Under the pieces are notes generated by a model, which was given only the letters and a program-made list of their open reading frames with translations, was not told the origin of the DNA and searched no databases. From positions 32,001 through 96,000 of the IMG/VR virus record IMGVR_UViG_3300022937_000008: DNA of 64,000 bases; one strand, given 5' to 3'. The position numbers were made by a program, and so were the translations under genes. Source of the stretch: a virus. How positions within the stretch are numbered: position 1 is the stretch's first letter; each line of letters opens with the position of its first letter. Shown piece by piece: positions 26,159 to 36,930 of this stretch.

Positions 26159-28231
26159 TTAGTATTTCTTAACTCTTATATTTAAACCGTTTCTAGTGTT
26201 TAAATTTGACATAACTTTTCTAGGCCCGATCTTAAATCTCGCATCAACAGCACCCTGATATAGAACTCTTGGAGATCCACCTTCTAAACTTCGATAGTCA
26301 GTCCAATTCGCATCGTTAGGAGTGGTTGATTCAGTACCATAATAAAAGTCCGAACTGTCTTGGGCTGTAAGTCCAAGGCACCATTCTTTTAATTCTTTCC
26401 ATGTCCAGTCTCTGTTGTGTTCCATAATTGTTGCTAAAAATCCACAAGCAACAGGACAAGCAGCACTTGTTCCACTGAAAGCACAATCATATGCAGTTCC
26501 ACCGTTATATGTAAATCCACTGTATGTAGCAGGATACTGTCCTTGATTGGTATAAGCCTTGTTTGCTGCTAGTGTGCCATCAGCAGCAGCATACACATCT
26601 ATACCTTCACCTCTATCGCTATAACTTACTTTAGTTTCAAGACTACCATTATAATCATCATCTAATGCTCCGATGTTTATAGTTTTATAGTCAGTGGTTC
26701 CATCTTCTTTAATGTATCTTCCACCTTGTTGTGGAAATCCTGTTCTATTTGTTGTTCCGTATACAGCAACACCAAATTCAAACATTACTGAACCTTCTAA
26801 ACTTCCGCCGTCGGTTGTTGTAATGTAATTGTTGTAATCAGGATGACCTTCTTTAACTACCTTTTGGTTAGAATTTCCAGCTGCACCTATGAATATCACA
26901 CCTTCTTCTATCATCTCGTCCTCAGCAGTAGTCAGTGAATTATCAATCATTTGACTTTTCCAACGTCCGCCGTCCCCCTGTGTTCCCATATGACTTAACC
27001 AAGCAATTCCAGTTTCTGTTGTATAGGATACATTGGCAGTTGCACGGTGAGTATAATATAAGGTTGATGCATTAGAAACATTGGCATTGGATCCGCTTGG
27101 AGCCTTGTTTGATCGAAACCCCCAACTGTTAGAACTTAGTGTTGGATCTTTTGCACCAAAGAGAGGATTAACAGGTTTTAGTCTATGAAATAGTTTTTGT
27201 ATATCAAATCCTTCTTCAATACCTGAACCATAAGCTCCATAAAGATCAAGCATCCATTTATTAGCATTGTACGCCCAGCCCTGTGTTCTTCCGAATGTTA
27301 ATGCACCACAAGGTGTGCCGTGTTCTCCATCAGTGCCTGATGGTCTAATAGTATTATCGCCACTTGTATTTAATCTGGTATAAGTTGCGCTAACTGTTAC
27401 TGTTCCTTCGTTCGCAAACTTTGCGCTTCGCGCACCGGCATTCCCCCACCAATCTCTTGCCACACTCTCCACAGGAACAGTTGTACCGTCCCAGCGTGTG
27501 GTTAATCTTGTACCTGGATCAGCATCAAACCATTCTGGATCAATATAATAAGGTGCATCAAGAACAAGATCCAATACATCACAAGTACCGTTTCCTGGAA
27601 GTAAATTTCCGCCTGTATATCCTGTTGGCTTTTCAACTTCTGTTACTCCATCTGAAAGTAATACACAATTGTTTTGGAATTCGGGATGTCCTATCCACAT
27701 TCCTTCGTCACATACAATAACATCAATATTTTTTCCTGTTCCGTACTGAGTAGGATTTATTTCAGGGATAGCATTATCTGCTAGTGAATTATCTACCCAA
27801 GGATCTAAAAACTGTTGATGTCTATAAAGTGAATAACTTGCACGATTAGAATCTGCTGCTGTAGGTATTCCACCTGGCAATGTATTAGAAACTGAAAACT
27901 CTCTATAGTTTTTAATTGTTCCGGAATAACGAGCTACTAATTCTGGACGGACTGCTTGTAGTTCATCCTGTGGTGGTTTAAATTCTTCTGGATATTTAGA
28001 ATAATCGATATTAATAAATCTTATTCTAGGATCATTTTTAAGTTGATCTGCTTCTTCTTGTGTAAGTAGGTATGTACCGCGAGTTGAACTATGTAATTTA
28101 TCATCATCACATTCAATACAACGTTCCGGTACTTCGTCACAATTATGGCCATCGTGTACAAGTTCGTGATGTAGTTCGTCCCATTGTTCTTCGGTATACG
28201 TACCAAGTTGGTAATATTTTTCCTCAGCCAT
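26159..28231 (-). CDS. Subtilisin-like serine protease (S8)
   Basis: Catalytic triad VCDEG / HGTPCG / SGTSAACP; oxyanion AAGN. Confidence 0.9.
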   Translation of the reverse strand: MAEEKYYQLGTYTEEQWDELHHELVHDGHNCDEVPERCIECDDDKLHSSTRGTYLLTQEEADQLKNDPRIRFINIDYSKYPEEFKPPQDELQAVRPELVARYSGTIKNYREFSVSNTLPGGIPTAADSNRASYSLYRHQQFLDPWVDNSLADNAIPEINPTQYGTGKNIDVIVCDEGMWIGHPEFQNNCVLLSDGVTEVEKPTGYTGGNLLPGNGTCDVLDLVLDAPYYIDPEWFDADPGTRLTTRWDGTTVPVESVARDWWGNAGARSAKFANEGTVTVSATYTRLNTSGDNTIRPSGTDGEHGTPCGALTFGRTQGWAYNANKWMLDLYGAYGSGIEEGFDIQKLFHRLKPVNPLFGAKDPTLSSNSWGFRSNKAPSGSNANVSNASTLYYTHRATANVSYTTETGIAWLSHMGTQGDGGRWKSQMIDNSLTTAEDEMIEEGVIFIGAAGNSNQKVVKEGHPDYNNYITTTDGGSLEGSVMFEFGVAVYGTTNRTGFPQQGGRYIKEDGTTDYKTINIGALDDDYNGSLETKVSYSDRGEGIDVYAAADGTLAANKAYTNQGQYPATYSGFTYNGGTAYDCAFSGTSAACPVACGFLATIMEHNRDWTWKELKEWCLGLTAQDSSDFYYGTESTTPNDANWTDYRSLEGGSPRVLYQGAVDARFKIGPRKVMSNLNTRNGLNIRVKKY

Positions 28232-28239
28232 AGATCACC

Positions 28240-29778
28240 TTATACTAAGTTTACCCAAGAACCGTTTTCATAACCTTGAAATTTATTAGTTGTTGTATTG
28301 TAAATTAAATCACCGTTTTGTGCAGTTAATAGATCTCGTTGAGCGGTTGTAAATGAAGCCATCTTAATAGGAGATGATGTTACTTCTACTCTGGTTCCTG
28401 CTGTTAATTGTATTTCATTATCTGAAAATAGTTCAGGTACACCCGAACCTTGTGATATAACACTTCCTTGAACAGTAAGGTTATTGCTTACTGTTAAATC
28501 GTTGTTAACTGTTACATTGTTTTCAACAGTTAAATCACTGTTCATTATTACTGCTGGAGTAAAGGATATTGCCGAACTATCACCTGTATCGATTATGTTT
28601 CCTGTAAATGTAAAGTTACCTACAGAAGCAGCGGATGCTCCGCCAGTAAATACACCACCAGTTGTAAATGCAGTAAAGCCTGTTCCGTTTACAGGTGTAG
28701 TTAATGTTGAATCTGAATAAAGTGCAAATGTTCCACTTGTTAAAACATCTGCAAAATAATCATTACCGTTAAGTTCTGTCATACCACCGACAGATGAAAA
28801 TGTTACCGGTTGTCCTTCATATAATCCATGATCACCAAAGGAAGTAATTACTACCGGGTTGGCCTGTGTTGCACCATTGACCACTCCTGATACGCCTGCT
28901 ACTGAATCGTCTCCTGCAGACCATTGTGATCCATTCCATTTTAAAACTTGATTAAGTGCCGGCGACATTGCTGAATCAACATCTGATAAACTCTTAATGC
29001 TTTGAGAAGTTATAGCAGTTAAGTATCCTGACAACGCATGATTACCCCAACTGTATGCTGAATCCCATTGAGAAGAATTTGCTGTTGCAGTTGTTAGTGC
29101 TGTTGTTGTTGCGTAATCTGCTAGTGTAGTTGTTAGTGCTGTTGATGTAACGCCATCAGTAATTCCATATCCGCCTAGTGTTGTTGGTGTTCCTGTTAGT
29201 GATGAAAATGCACCATCAAATGTACTTGCATCAGTAATTCCATAACCTGCTAGTGTAGTCGGAGTGTTTGATAATGAACTCCATTCGCCATCAAATCCTT
29301 GTGGTGCGTCTTCAAATGTAAATGTTCCAGAACCGTTTGTAGTGAGTATCTGCCCATTTGTGCCATCACTGATACCTAAATCTAAAATCGAAGTAACTAA
29401 AGATTCTAATCCACTTACTGGCTGAACCCATTGATTAGAACTTCCATCACTAGTATAAACATACAGTCTGGCGTTAGATGTGTTAAACCAAATTGTACCT
29501 GTTTCAGGAGCACTTGGTGATGTATCACCTAATTCTATACTACCACTGCCGCCACCAACTCCTGCTAATTCTGCTTTTGCAAGAAATGCAGCATTTGAAA
29601 CGTTCGATAAATCCACTTTAACAAGCGGCATTCCTCCAACATCTTCGGCGTTAAAAACTCTTAGTGTATTATTTGTTTGATCGTAAAAAATCTCGCCTTT
29701 GGCGCCGGTTTTTCTGTCAAGAAAATCAGCATCTCTAGGCGATATTCGTAAGTTATTAATAATCGGTAATCTAGCCAT
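28240..29778 (-). CDS. Virion structural / fibre protein
   Basis: GEIFYD and GTIWFNT modules, PTTLxGYGITD repeats, ANPVVIT..HGL..GMTELNG module. Confidence 0.7.
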   Translation of the reverse strand: MARLPIINNLRISPRDADFLDRKTGAKGEIFYDQTNNTLRVFNAEDVGGMPLVKVDLSNVSNAAFLAKAELAGVGGGSGSIELGDTSPSAPETGTIWFNTSNARLYVYTSDGSSNQWVQPVSGLESLVTSILDLGISDGTNGQILTTNGSGTFTFEDAPQGFDGEWSSLSNTPTTLAGYGITDASTFDGAFSSLTGTPTTLGGYGITDGVTSTALTTTLADYATTTALTTATANSSQWDSAYSWGNHALSGYLTAITSQSIKSLSDVDSAMSPALNQVLKWNGSQWSAGDDSVAGVSGVVNGATQANPVVITSFGDHGLYEGQPVTFSSVGGMTELNGNDYFADVLTSGTFALYSDSTLTTPVNGTGFTAFTTGGVFTGGASAASVGNFTFTGNIIDTGDSSAISFTPAVIMNSDLTVENNVTVNNDLTVSNNLTVQGSVISQGSGVPELFSDNEIQLTAGTRVEVTSSPIKMASFTTAQRDLLTAQNGDLIYNTTTNKFQGYENGSWVNLV

Positions 29779-29864
29779 TCTGTATTTGCACCATATTTGT
29801 TACATAGTATTTATCTAATGCCATATCTTTCACTATCACGCTTACAGCGCCTATAAATATGCAT

Positions 29865-30443
29865 ATGAAACTCTTAAAAGACATTGGAATATTCGAGAGC
29901 GCAGTAACTGACGAAACCTGTGATAAATTGATTGAATATTATGATCAACTAACAGATTTAGGTATGTCACATACTAGAATTAGCACTAACGATTCTCCCG
30001 GGCACCTAAAAAAGGACTCTGCTGCATTTTTATTCGAACCTCCAGCACTTAATCTTTCCACAGAAAACCCTGCGGTTAGGGACAGTGTCCAGCAAATTAT
30101 TTATTGTTGGGAACAATATATAGATCATTACAGTGTATTATCATCTGTCGATCCACACAGAATTTACTATATGAAACTGCAAAAAACCCTACCAGGAGAA
30201 GGTTATCATGTATGGCATTACGAATCTGATAACCGAGAACGTTCAGGTAGAGTTGCTGCGTGGGGGTTATATCTTAACACTGTCGATGAGGGAGGAGAAA
30301 CCGAATGGCTTTATCAGTCTGTAAGGGTTCCTGCTACAAAAGGTACATTAGCAATTTGGCCAGCCGGTTATACTCATACACATAGAGGTAATCCACCTCT
30401 AAGTGGTGAAAAGTATTTGTTAACAGGTTGGATCGAATACTAA
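29865..30443 (+). CDS. Fe(II)/2OG oxygenase (prolyl-hydroxylase-like)
   Basis: WHYE...YLN...GGET...HRG...KY; start placed 5 nt after TATAAATA. Confidence 0.9.
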   Translation: MKLLKDIGIFESAVTDETCDKLIEYYDQLTDLGMSHTRISTNDSPGHLKKDSAAFLFEPPALNLSTENPAVRDSVQQIIYCWEQYIDHYSVLSSVDPHRIYYMKLQKTLPGEGYHVWHYESDNRERSGRVAAWGLYLNTVDEGGETEWLYQSVRVPATKGTLAIWPAGYTHTHRGNPPLSGEKYLLTGWIEY

Positions 30444-31069
30444 TGAACAAAATTAAACTTTTTCCTATAGAATTATTCGAATTTAAAAAAGAATTTGATT
30501 TTGATCAAATTATAGTAGACTGCGAAAAATATGCTGATTTGATTAAACATTCTGATGTTATTTCATCAATGAGAAATCTACACGATAAGCCTGAATTGAA
30601 AGAATTATTTGATTGGTTTAGACAGTGTTTAGATGAAATTAGATTGAAGCAAAAATATGACTGCGATAGTTTTGAAATAACAAGTAGTTGGTTTAACAGA
30701 TCATTACCTCAATCTCAAATGTCATTGAATTTGCATAGACATAGTATGAGTTTCTTTAGTGCAGTTTTTTATCTTACTGAAGGATCTCCTACAGTGTTTG
30801 AAGATCCGGTAATACATCGTACACAAGCACAACTTGAAGTTTTAAGAGAACTAGATAAAGATTCAAGCCCGCATCAAAGTATAGAAGCAGAACCAGGAAA
30901 GTTAATTATTTTTCCTAGTTGGCTTTTTCACTTTAGTGCTCCACACATAGGCGATAAAGATCGTTACGTTATTAGTTTTAATACTATGCCGCAGGGGCTT
31001 GTAAATTATAAATTAGCAACAGATAGCGTTGCCTCTATTAAAATATTGAATAAGGATAAAGGATGGTAA
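30443..31069 (+). CDS. Fe(II)/2OG oxygenase (HxH type)
   Basis: SWFN, HRH, SAVFY, FPSWLFH and RYVISFN. Confidence 0.85.
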   Translation: MNKIKLFPIELFEFKKEFDFDQIIVDCEKYADLIKHSDVISSMRNLHDKPELKELFDWFRQCLDEIRLKQKYDCDSFEITSSWFNRSLPQSQMSLNLHRHSMSFFSAVFYLTEGSPTVFEDPVIHRTQAQLEVLRELDKDSSPHQSIEAEPGKLIIFPSWLFHFSAPHIGDKDRYVISFNTMPQGLVNYKLATDSVASIKILNKDKGW

Positions 31070-32547
31070 AAGACCTAATTGTGTTAGGCGGCGGCAATGC
31101 TGGTCTTATGACAGCATTATACCTTAAAGAAAGTATTCCTAATCTTAACCTAACTGTAATTAAATCATCCAAGATTGGAACTATCGGTGTTGGCGAAGGA
31201 TCTACTGAACATTGGAAAATGTTTGCTTCTGCAACTAGAATTTCAATCGTAGATATGATAAGAGAGTGCGGTGCTACATTTAAGATAGGAATTAAGTTTG
31301 AAAATTGGCATGGTGATGGAACTAGTTACTATCATAGTTTGCCTGAAGCTCTAGTAGACACAGATAGTTATACAGGTATTCCGTATGCTATGCTTAAACT
31401 TATTGCAGATGGTACAGGCACAGAAAATCTGCACTGGCAATTGCCTATGGACGGATATATTAGAGAACCGTTAGATCAATACTATCAGTTTCATTTTGAC
31501 AGCGAAAAATTAAACACGTATCTTCTAAAAAAGTGTGATGAAAGAGATATTAAAGTTGTTGATGCTGAGATCAATAATTGTGTATTAGATAACGAAGGGT
31601 TTATTTCCTCTATAGTCGATGACAATGGGCTATCATATTCAGCAGATTTCTTTATAGACAGCAGTGGATTTAAAAGAGTACTTGCATCAAGACTTGGAGC
31701 AGAATGGGTTGATTGGTCAGAGTACTTACCTACAAACAGTGCGTTGGCTTTTCAAACACCATACGAAGAAAATATTCCTCCATATACACTATCTCGTTCT
31801 ATGAATGCTGGATGGATGTGGAGAGCTCCTGTACAGGATAGATTCGGTAACGGATATGTTTATGATGATAGATTTATTTCAGAAGAAAATGCATTAAAAG
31901 AAGTACAACAATACTTTGATTTTCCTTTAAACATAGGACGTAGAATCAAATACACTTCAGGAAAAGTAAACAAAGCATGGATTAAAAATTGTGTTTGTAT
32001 TGGATTAAGCAGTAACTTTGTTGAACCGTTAGAAGCAAGTAGCATATCAACTACTATACAACAGAGTAGACTACTAGCAAGTTCTCTTTGGAATTGGAAT
32101 AGATCAGATCAAGGAACAATTAACAAATATAATGAAATTGTTGATGACATGATGTTTAATATTTTAGACTTTATACAATTACATTATTATACTCAAAGAC
32201 AAGACACTAAGTTTTGGAAATGGTGTAAGAATGAAATGAAGATTACAGATTTTAATAAAGAGAATTTATCAAACTTTAAAAATAATTTTATTAGTCAAAC
32301 ATTATTACCAGAAGACGGAACGTTCGGAACCTATAGAATTTATGATTGTTTAAATTGGATTCAAGTAATGCACGGGTTGCGTATGTTTAATATAGAAAAT
32401 ATCAAGAAGATATATAATAGTCATACCCATTTAAAAAATATAGAATTAGAATTTTTGCAATTGCCAAGTCAACCAGATGAAACATGGATTACTTGTCGTG
32501 ATGCTGTAAATTTAGTCAAGAACAGTGTAACGGAAATTAAGTTATGA
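31063..32547 (+). CDS. Flavin-dependent halogenase (tryptophan halogenase family)
   Basis: GGGNAG, GVGEGS, ATFK with the catalytic-position Lys, WMWRAP and FVEPLEAS. Confidence 0.9.
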   Translation: MVKDLIVLGGGNAGLMTALYLKESIPNLNLTVIKSSKIGTIGVGEGSTEHWKMFASATRISIVDMIRECGATFKIGIKFENWHGDGTSYYHSLPEALVDTDSYTGIPYAMLKLIADGTGTENLHWQLPMDGYIREPLDQYYQFHFDSEKLNTYLLKKCDERDIKVVDAEINNCVLDNEGFISSIVDDNGLSYSADFFIDSSGFKRVLASRLGAEWVDWSEYLPTNSALAFQTPYEENIPPYTLSRSMNAGWMWRAPVQDRFGNGYVYDDRFISEENALKEVQQYFDFPLNIGRRIKYTSGKVNKAWIKNCVCIGLSSNFVEPLEASSISTTIQQSRLLASSLWNWNRSDQGTINKYNEIVDDMMFNILDFIQLHYYTQRQDTKFWKWCKNEMKITDFNKENLSNFKNNFISQTLLPEDGTFGTYRIYDCLNWIQVMHGLRMFNIENIKKIYNSHTHLKNIELEFLQLPSQPDETWITCRDAVNLVKNSVTEIKL

Positions 32548-34052
32548 TTAGATCATTATGTGTACTAGGTGGAGGAACTGCTGGATTAATTTCTGCATTA
32601 ATGATGCGTAAAGCATATCCTACTTTAAAAATTACAATATTAGAATCGTCTAAGATAGGTATTATTGGTGTAGGTGAAGGCAGTACAGAACACTGGAAAC
32701 CTTTTATGGAATATATCGATGTTGATGTTCCTACAATTGTAAGAGAGTGCGGAAGTACATTTAAAATAGGTATTAAATTTACAAACTGGAACGGCGACGG
32801 AAAATCTTATTGGCATAGTTTAACAGAACAGTATAACACTTTACATCAAGATAACGATGCCCCATTAAGTTGGTTTAGATACACAGGCGAGAATTGGGAT
32901 CCTGAAGAAACTGCTTGGGATTTATCAAGAAATAGCAAACATCCTGAGCCTTTCCATGAAATTATTTCTCAATATCATTTTGATACATTTAAATTAAACA
33001 AATTTTTTCATAAGTTATGTGCAGAAAGAAACATAGAAGTTATTGACACAGATATATCTGATGTAATCGTTGATAAAGATGGCTATGCTGATTACTTAAT
33101 AGATGAACACGGTAAACAATATAAAGCAGACTTTTACATTGATAGTAGCGGCTTCAGAAGAATTATAAGCAGTAAATTAGGTGCTAAATGGGTTGATAAA
33201 CAAAAACAATTACCAATGAATAGTGCTATTGCATTTCCAACAGGTTACACTGAAAACATTCCTTCCTATACTGAAGCAACAGCATTAAGTAGTGGATGGG
33301 TATGGAGAATTCCAACACAAGAACGATATGGAAATGGTTATGTTTTTTGTGACAACTTTATCAATGAAACACAAGCATACGATGAAGTTTCAAAGCATTA
33401 TAAAGAAAATTTAAAAATTACTCAAGAATTAGAAATAGGTAGAAAAGTAAAATTTAGTGCAGGATATTTAGATAAATTCTGGATTAAAAACTGTTTAACA
33501 GTTGGGCTATCAGGTATGTTTGTTGAACCATTAGAAGCAAGTAGTATAGGTTCTACAATACAAGAAATTAGATTAGCTATTCCTAGTTTCCATTACTGGA
33601 CTCGAGGAGAAACAATAACAGAAAATGTTTTTAATGATAGAATGATTAGAATAGCTGAAAATATTGTAGACTTTATTCAATTACACTATATTACTAAACG
33701 CAATGATACTGAATTCTGGAAATGGGTCAACAAAGAAATTGTTTATACAGATTTTATTAGAGAAAATTTAGAATACTTTAAAAAGAATGGTGTTAATTCA
33801 CAAATGTTCGGAATAGAACCATTGTATATGTTTTCTTATCTAAATTGGAGTCAAGTAATGCACGGTCTATCATTATTTGATTATGATGCTCGCAAGAAGT
33901 ATTGGGAAGAATTTTGGAGTAAAGAACATTCAGAAAATTTGGATAATTTATTTAAACACGGCAATGCAGTAGATATGAGTACTGTTCGAACACATAGAGA
34001 AGCATTAAATATTTTAAAAGAAAGATATTTGGAAGTACGTTATGAATTATAA
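32544..34052 (+). CDS. Flavin-dependent halogenase (tryptophan halogenase family)
   Basis: GGGTAG, GVGEGS, STFK, WVWRIP and FVEPLEAS. Confidence 0.9.
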   Translation: MIRSLCVLGGGTAGLISALMMRKAYPTLKITILESSKIGIIGVGEGSTEHWKPFMEYIDVDVPTIVRECGSTFKIGIKFTNWNGDGKSYWHSLTEQYNTLHQDNDAPLSWFRYTGENWDPEETAWDLSRNSKHPEPFHEIISQYHFDTFKLNKFFHKLCAERNIEVIDTDISDVIVDKDGYADYLIDEHGKQYKADFYIDSSGFRRIISSKLGAKWVDKQKQLPMNSAIAFPTGYTENIPSYTEATALSSGWVWRIPTQERYGNGYVFCDNFINETQAYDEVSKHYKENLKITQELEIGRKVKFSAGYLDKFWIKNCLTVGLSGMFVEPLEASSIGSTIQEIRLAIPSFHYWTRGETITENVFNDRMIRIAENIVDFIQLHYITKRNDTEFWKWVNKEIVYTDFIRENLEYFKKNGVNSQMFGIEPLYMFSYLNWSQVMHGLSLFDYDARKKYWEEFWSKEHSENLDNLFKHGNAVDMSTVRTHREALNILKERYLEVRYEL

Positions 34053-35580
34053 TGCAGTGATTTTAGGTGGCGGTTCCGCTGGCTGGTTAACAGCACTATG
34101 GGTTAAGAAATTTTGGCCTAATCTCAAAATTGCTATCGTTGAAAATCCTAAGAAACCTCCTATTATTGCAGGAGAAAGTGGAACGACTACGTTTGTAGAT
34201 CTATTAAGAAAGATTGACATAGACAAAGATGATTTTGTTACAAAGGTGTTTGCTACACCTAAGTTAGGTGGAAAATTTACAGACTGGAACGGTGTAGGGA
34301 CAGAGTTCATACATTGTTTACAAACAGATTATGCACCTTGGTTAGATGGATGGAGCGATTATTACGATACTCCGGAGTCTCAGCCTTTACTGTTTGGTAA
34401 TATGCTAAACATCATGCAACGAGAAAGAGAAAAAGATACATATCTAAAAACATTAATAGCAAATAATGTTCCTTTGTCAGATGCATTCTATGCAAATCAA
34501 TTTATAAAAAATAATAAAGTTCCTTTCGGTTCTAGTACACACAACCTGCCTGTTATTCCTATGTGGCATTTTGAAAGTAGATCAGCTGCTGCTTATTTTA
34601 AAGAAATAGGACTATCAAGAGGAATAGAACTTATCGAAGGAGAGTTTCAAAGTGCAAAATTAAAAACTGACGGAAACTGTGAATCAATCTTACTAGATGA
34701 AAATAGAGAAATAACAGCAGATTGGTTTTTTGATTGTAGTGGTTTTGCTAGATTACTTTTAGAAAAAACCATGAAGGAACCTATTTTAGATTATACAGAT
34801 TACTTTCCAGCTAGAGCAGTAGTTGCCTGGTGGGACGATCCTTGTTACTGTGTTACAACAAATGCTATTGCAATGAAGTATGGCTGGAGTTGGAACATTA
34901 ATCTAAGACATAGAAGCGGAAACGGTTATCTATATGATCCAGATCATTTAACATTAGATCAAGCAATACAAGAAGCGGAAAAACGATTTGATAAAAAAAT
35001 AGAACCTATAGCAAACTTTAGTTTTCAACCTGGAATGATGAGAAACACTTGGAAAAACAACGTCATAGCTATTGGTTTGAGCAACGGATTTTTAGAGCCG
35101 TTAGAAGCAAACGGGGTTGCTGTTATTATAGAAAGCCTATATGCACTACAAGATCATTGGCACCCTGAAAGAAAAGGATATGTATCTAACAGATTTAATG
35201 ACAGAGTTTGGTCAGTGAGTGAAGATATTAAAGATTTCTTAGCGTTACATTATAGAGGAAAACGCAAAGACACTGAGTTTTGGCAAAGTCATCAAAACGA
35301 TGAATTTAGAATTCCGGAAACTTTAAGATTAAAATTAGAGGACTGGAAACAATGGTATTTGCACGGAGGTGCAGAACCACTTTATAACGGGTATAGTCCA
35401 ACAGCATGGCTGATGGTATTACAAGCACTACAGGTATATGATCATAGCATACTTTCAGCTAGATACGAAAAACTGCTAACAATATCCTCAAATGTGCTAA
35501 ATAATAATATACAACGTTACAAACAGCTTGTTGCTCCATTTTTAACCATTGAGCAATGGGTGGATAATTATGCTAAATAG
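34042..35580 (+). CDS. Flavin-dependent halogenase, divergent
   Basis: GGGSAG, AGES, ATPK, WSWNIN (variant of WxWxIP) and FLEPLEANG. Confidence 0.85.
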   Translation: MNYNAVILGGGSAGWLTALWVKKFWPNLKIAIVENPKKPPIIAGESGTTTFVDLLRKIDIDKDDFVTKVFATPKLGGKFTDWNGVGTEFIHCLQTDYAPWLDGWSDYYDTPESQPLLFGNMLNIMQREREKDTYLKTLIANNVPLSDAFYANQFIKNNKVPFGSSTHNLPVIPMWHFESRSAAAYFKEIGLSRGIELIEGEFQSAKLKTDGNCESILLDENREITADWFFDCSGFARLLLEKTMKEPILDYTDYFPARAVVAWWDDPCYCVTTNAIAMKYGWSWNINLRHRSGNGYLYDPDHLTLDQAIQEAEKRFDKKIEPIANFSFQPGMMRNTWKNNVIAIGLSNGFLEPLEANGVAVIIESLYALQDHWHPERKGYVSNRFNDRVWSVSEDIKDFLALHYRGKRKDTEFWQSHQNDEFRIPETLRLKLEDWKQWYLHGGAEPLYNGYSPTAWLMVLQALQVYDHSILSARYEKLLTISSNVLNNNIQRYKQLVAPFLTIEQWVDNYAK

Positions 35581-35600
35581 TATGCAAGGAGTTAATTGTA

Positions 35601-35759
35601 ATGAAAACTTATAAGATTATTTTAAGAGTGGCACACGGAGTACTCGAAGTTAGAGAAGACACTTGTCAGGCAAGAAACGCTGAAGAAGCACAAAAAATCT
35701 TCGAAGAAAGACACGGTGTAGAACTAATTGTTGCTGGTCCTTTGCCAGTTAGCAATTAA
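35601..35759 (+). CDS. Small protein (52 aa) at the junction of the convergent operons
   Basis: Hand translation MKTYKIILRVAHGVLEVREDTCQARNAEEAQKIFEERHGVELIVAGPLPVSN; AAGGAG RBS and TAAATA upstream. Confidence 0.7.
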   Translation: MKTYKIILRVAHGVLEVREDTCQARNAEEAQKIFEERHGVELIVAGPLPVSN

Positions 35760-36382
35760 CGATCAAACCCCATTTCTTTTCTAGCAGATTCAAGCTCGTC
35801 TTTAATAGCTTGATTAACAAATTCCGAAGGTAAACCTAAACAAGGCCTAGTATCCCATTTTAAATGTGCATACGGGCCTTTTTCATCTACATACTGTAAA
35901 AATGCCTGTATTACTTTTTGTCCAGTATACGGCTCTCTCCAATGTTCGTGTCTACGACCACTGTAGATAACTATGTCTCCAACATCTAAGATTATTTCGT
36001 GAATGTTGCCTTCTTCATTTTTAATGTATAACGGCCAGTCTTGATCTTCTTTTGTAATAGAAACACTTACAGATATTTCAGAACTGCTACGATCAAAGTG
36101 CTTTCCTAGTTCAGATCCGTTGTAATATATGCGAGCATAACTGTAAACAGGTACTAATTTCTTTCCTACTTTTTCACTTACTAATGGTGTAAGTTTTAGC
36201 ATTAATGCTTCAAACATTAAAGGAGCATATCTTGCAAATGTATTTTCACACATATCTGATAAGTTTGCACCAGGATATAATACTTGACATACATCGTTTT
36301 GCATTTCATATTCTAATGCCATAAACTCGCAAAGCTCTTTGCTTACGGCATTTTTAACAATAATATAATCTTCTTTCATCAT
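35756..36382 (-). CDS. Fe(II)/2OG oxygenase
   Basis: YARIY, KHFDR, GDIVIY, EHWR and FLQY. Confidence 0.8.
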   Translation of the reverse strand: MMKEDYIIVKNAVSKELCEFMALEYEMQNDVCQVLYPGANLSDMCENTFARYAPLMFEALMLKLTPLVSEKVGKKLVPVYSYARIYYNGSELGKHFDRSSSEISVSVSITKEDQDWPLYIKNEEGNIHEIILDVGDIVIYSGRRHEHWREPYTGQKVIQAFLQYVDEKGPYAHLKWDTRPCLGLPSEFVNQAIKDELESARKEMGFDR

Positions 36383-36930
36383 ACTAACGGAATCATACTC
36401 ATGTTACCAAAAGGTCTTTCTACATAGTTTCTAATAAACTCATTATTAGGAATAGTATGTATATCAAAACCTAGTGTAGTTCTATAACCTTCGTAAGGTT
36501 CTAGTACTTCTACTTTGTGTTTTACAAATCCAGGACCAAAATATATTTGTCCGGGTTTATTTTCAATAGTCCAATTTTCAAACACTGTGTTTGTTTTTTT
36601 AGGATCTATTGATATATAGCCATGATAATCAAACTCATGTCCGTGCCAATCTAATACTTCATCGTGTTTATGATAGTTGATCCAAGATTGCAACCATAAA
36701 GGTCGATCATCGCCAAGTTCTTTTCTTACAAACTCTCTTAATTCAACATATAAAGAATACCATGCTGTACTAGGAGCAGTTAGTGTAAACACATTATACT
36801 TGTTATAGGACCATGTACTATCTTTGTCAGGAAAGACAGTTTCAAATACCTTATGTGCTTCATTAAGGCTGTGAACTATTTCGTCGTAGTTTTCTAAAAT
36901 AGTTTTAGATGTTATGAGTTTGTATTCCAT
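36379..36930 (-). CDS. Putative Fe(II)/2OG oxygenase (HxH type)
   Basis: SWIN, WHGH, KHKV and RTTLGFD. Confidence 0.65.
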   Translation of the reverse strand: MEYKLITSKTILENYDEIVHSLNEAHKVFETVFPDKDSTWSYNKYNVFTLTAPSTAWYSLYVELREFVRKELGDDRPLWLQSWINYHKHDEVLDWHGHEFDYHGYISIDPKKTNTVFENWTIENKPGQIYFGPGFVKHKVEVLEPYEGYRTTLGFDIHTIPNNEFIRNYVERPFGNMSMIPLV

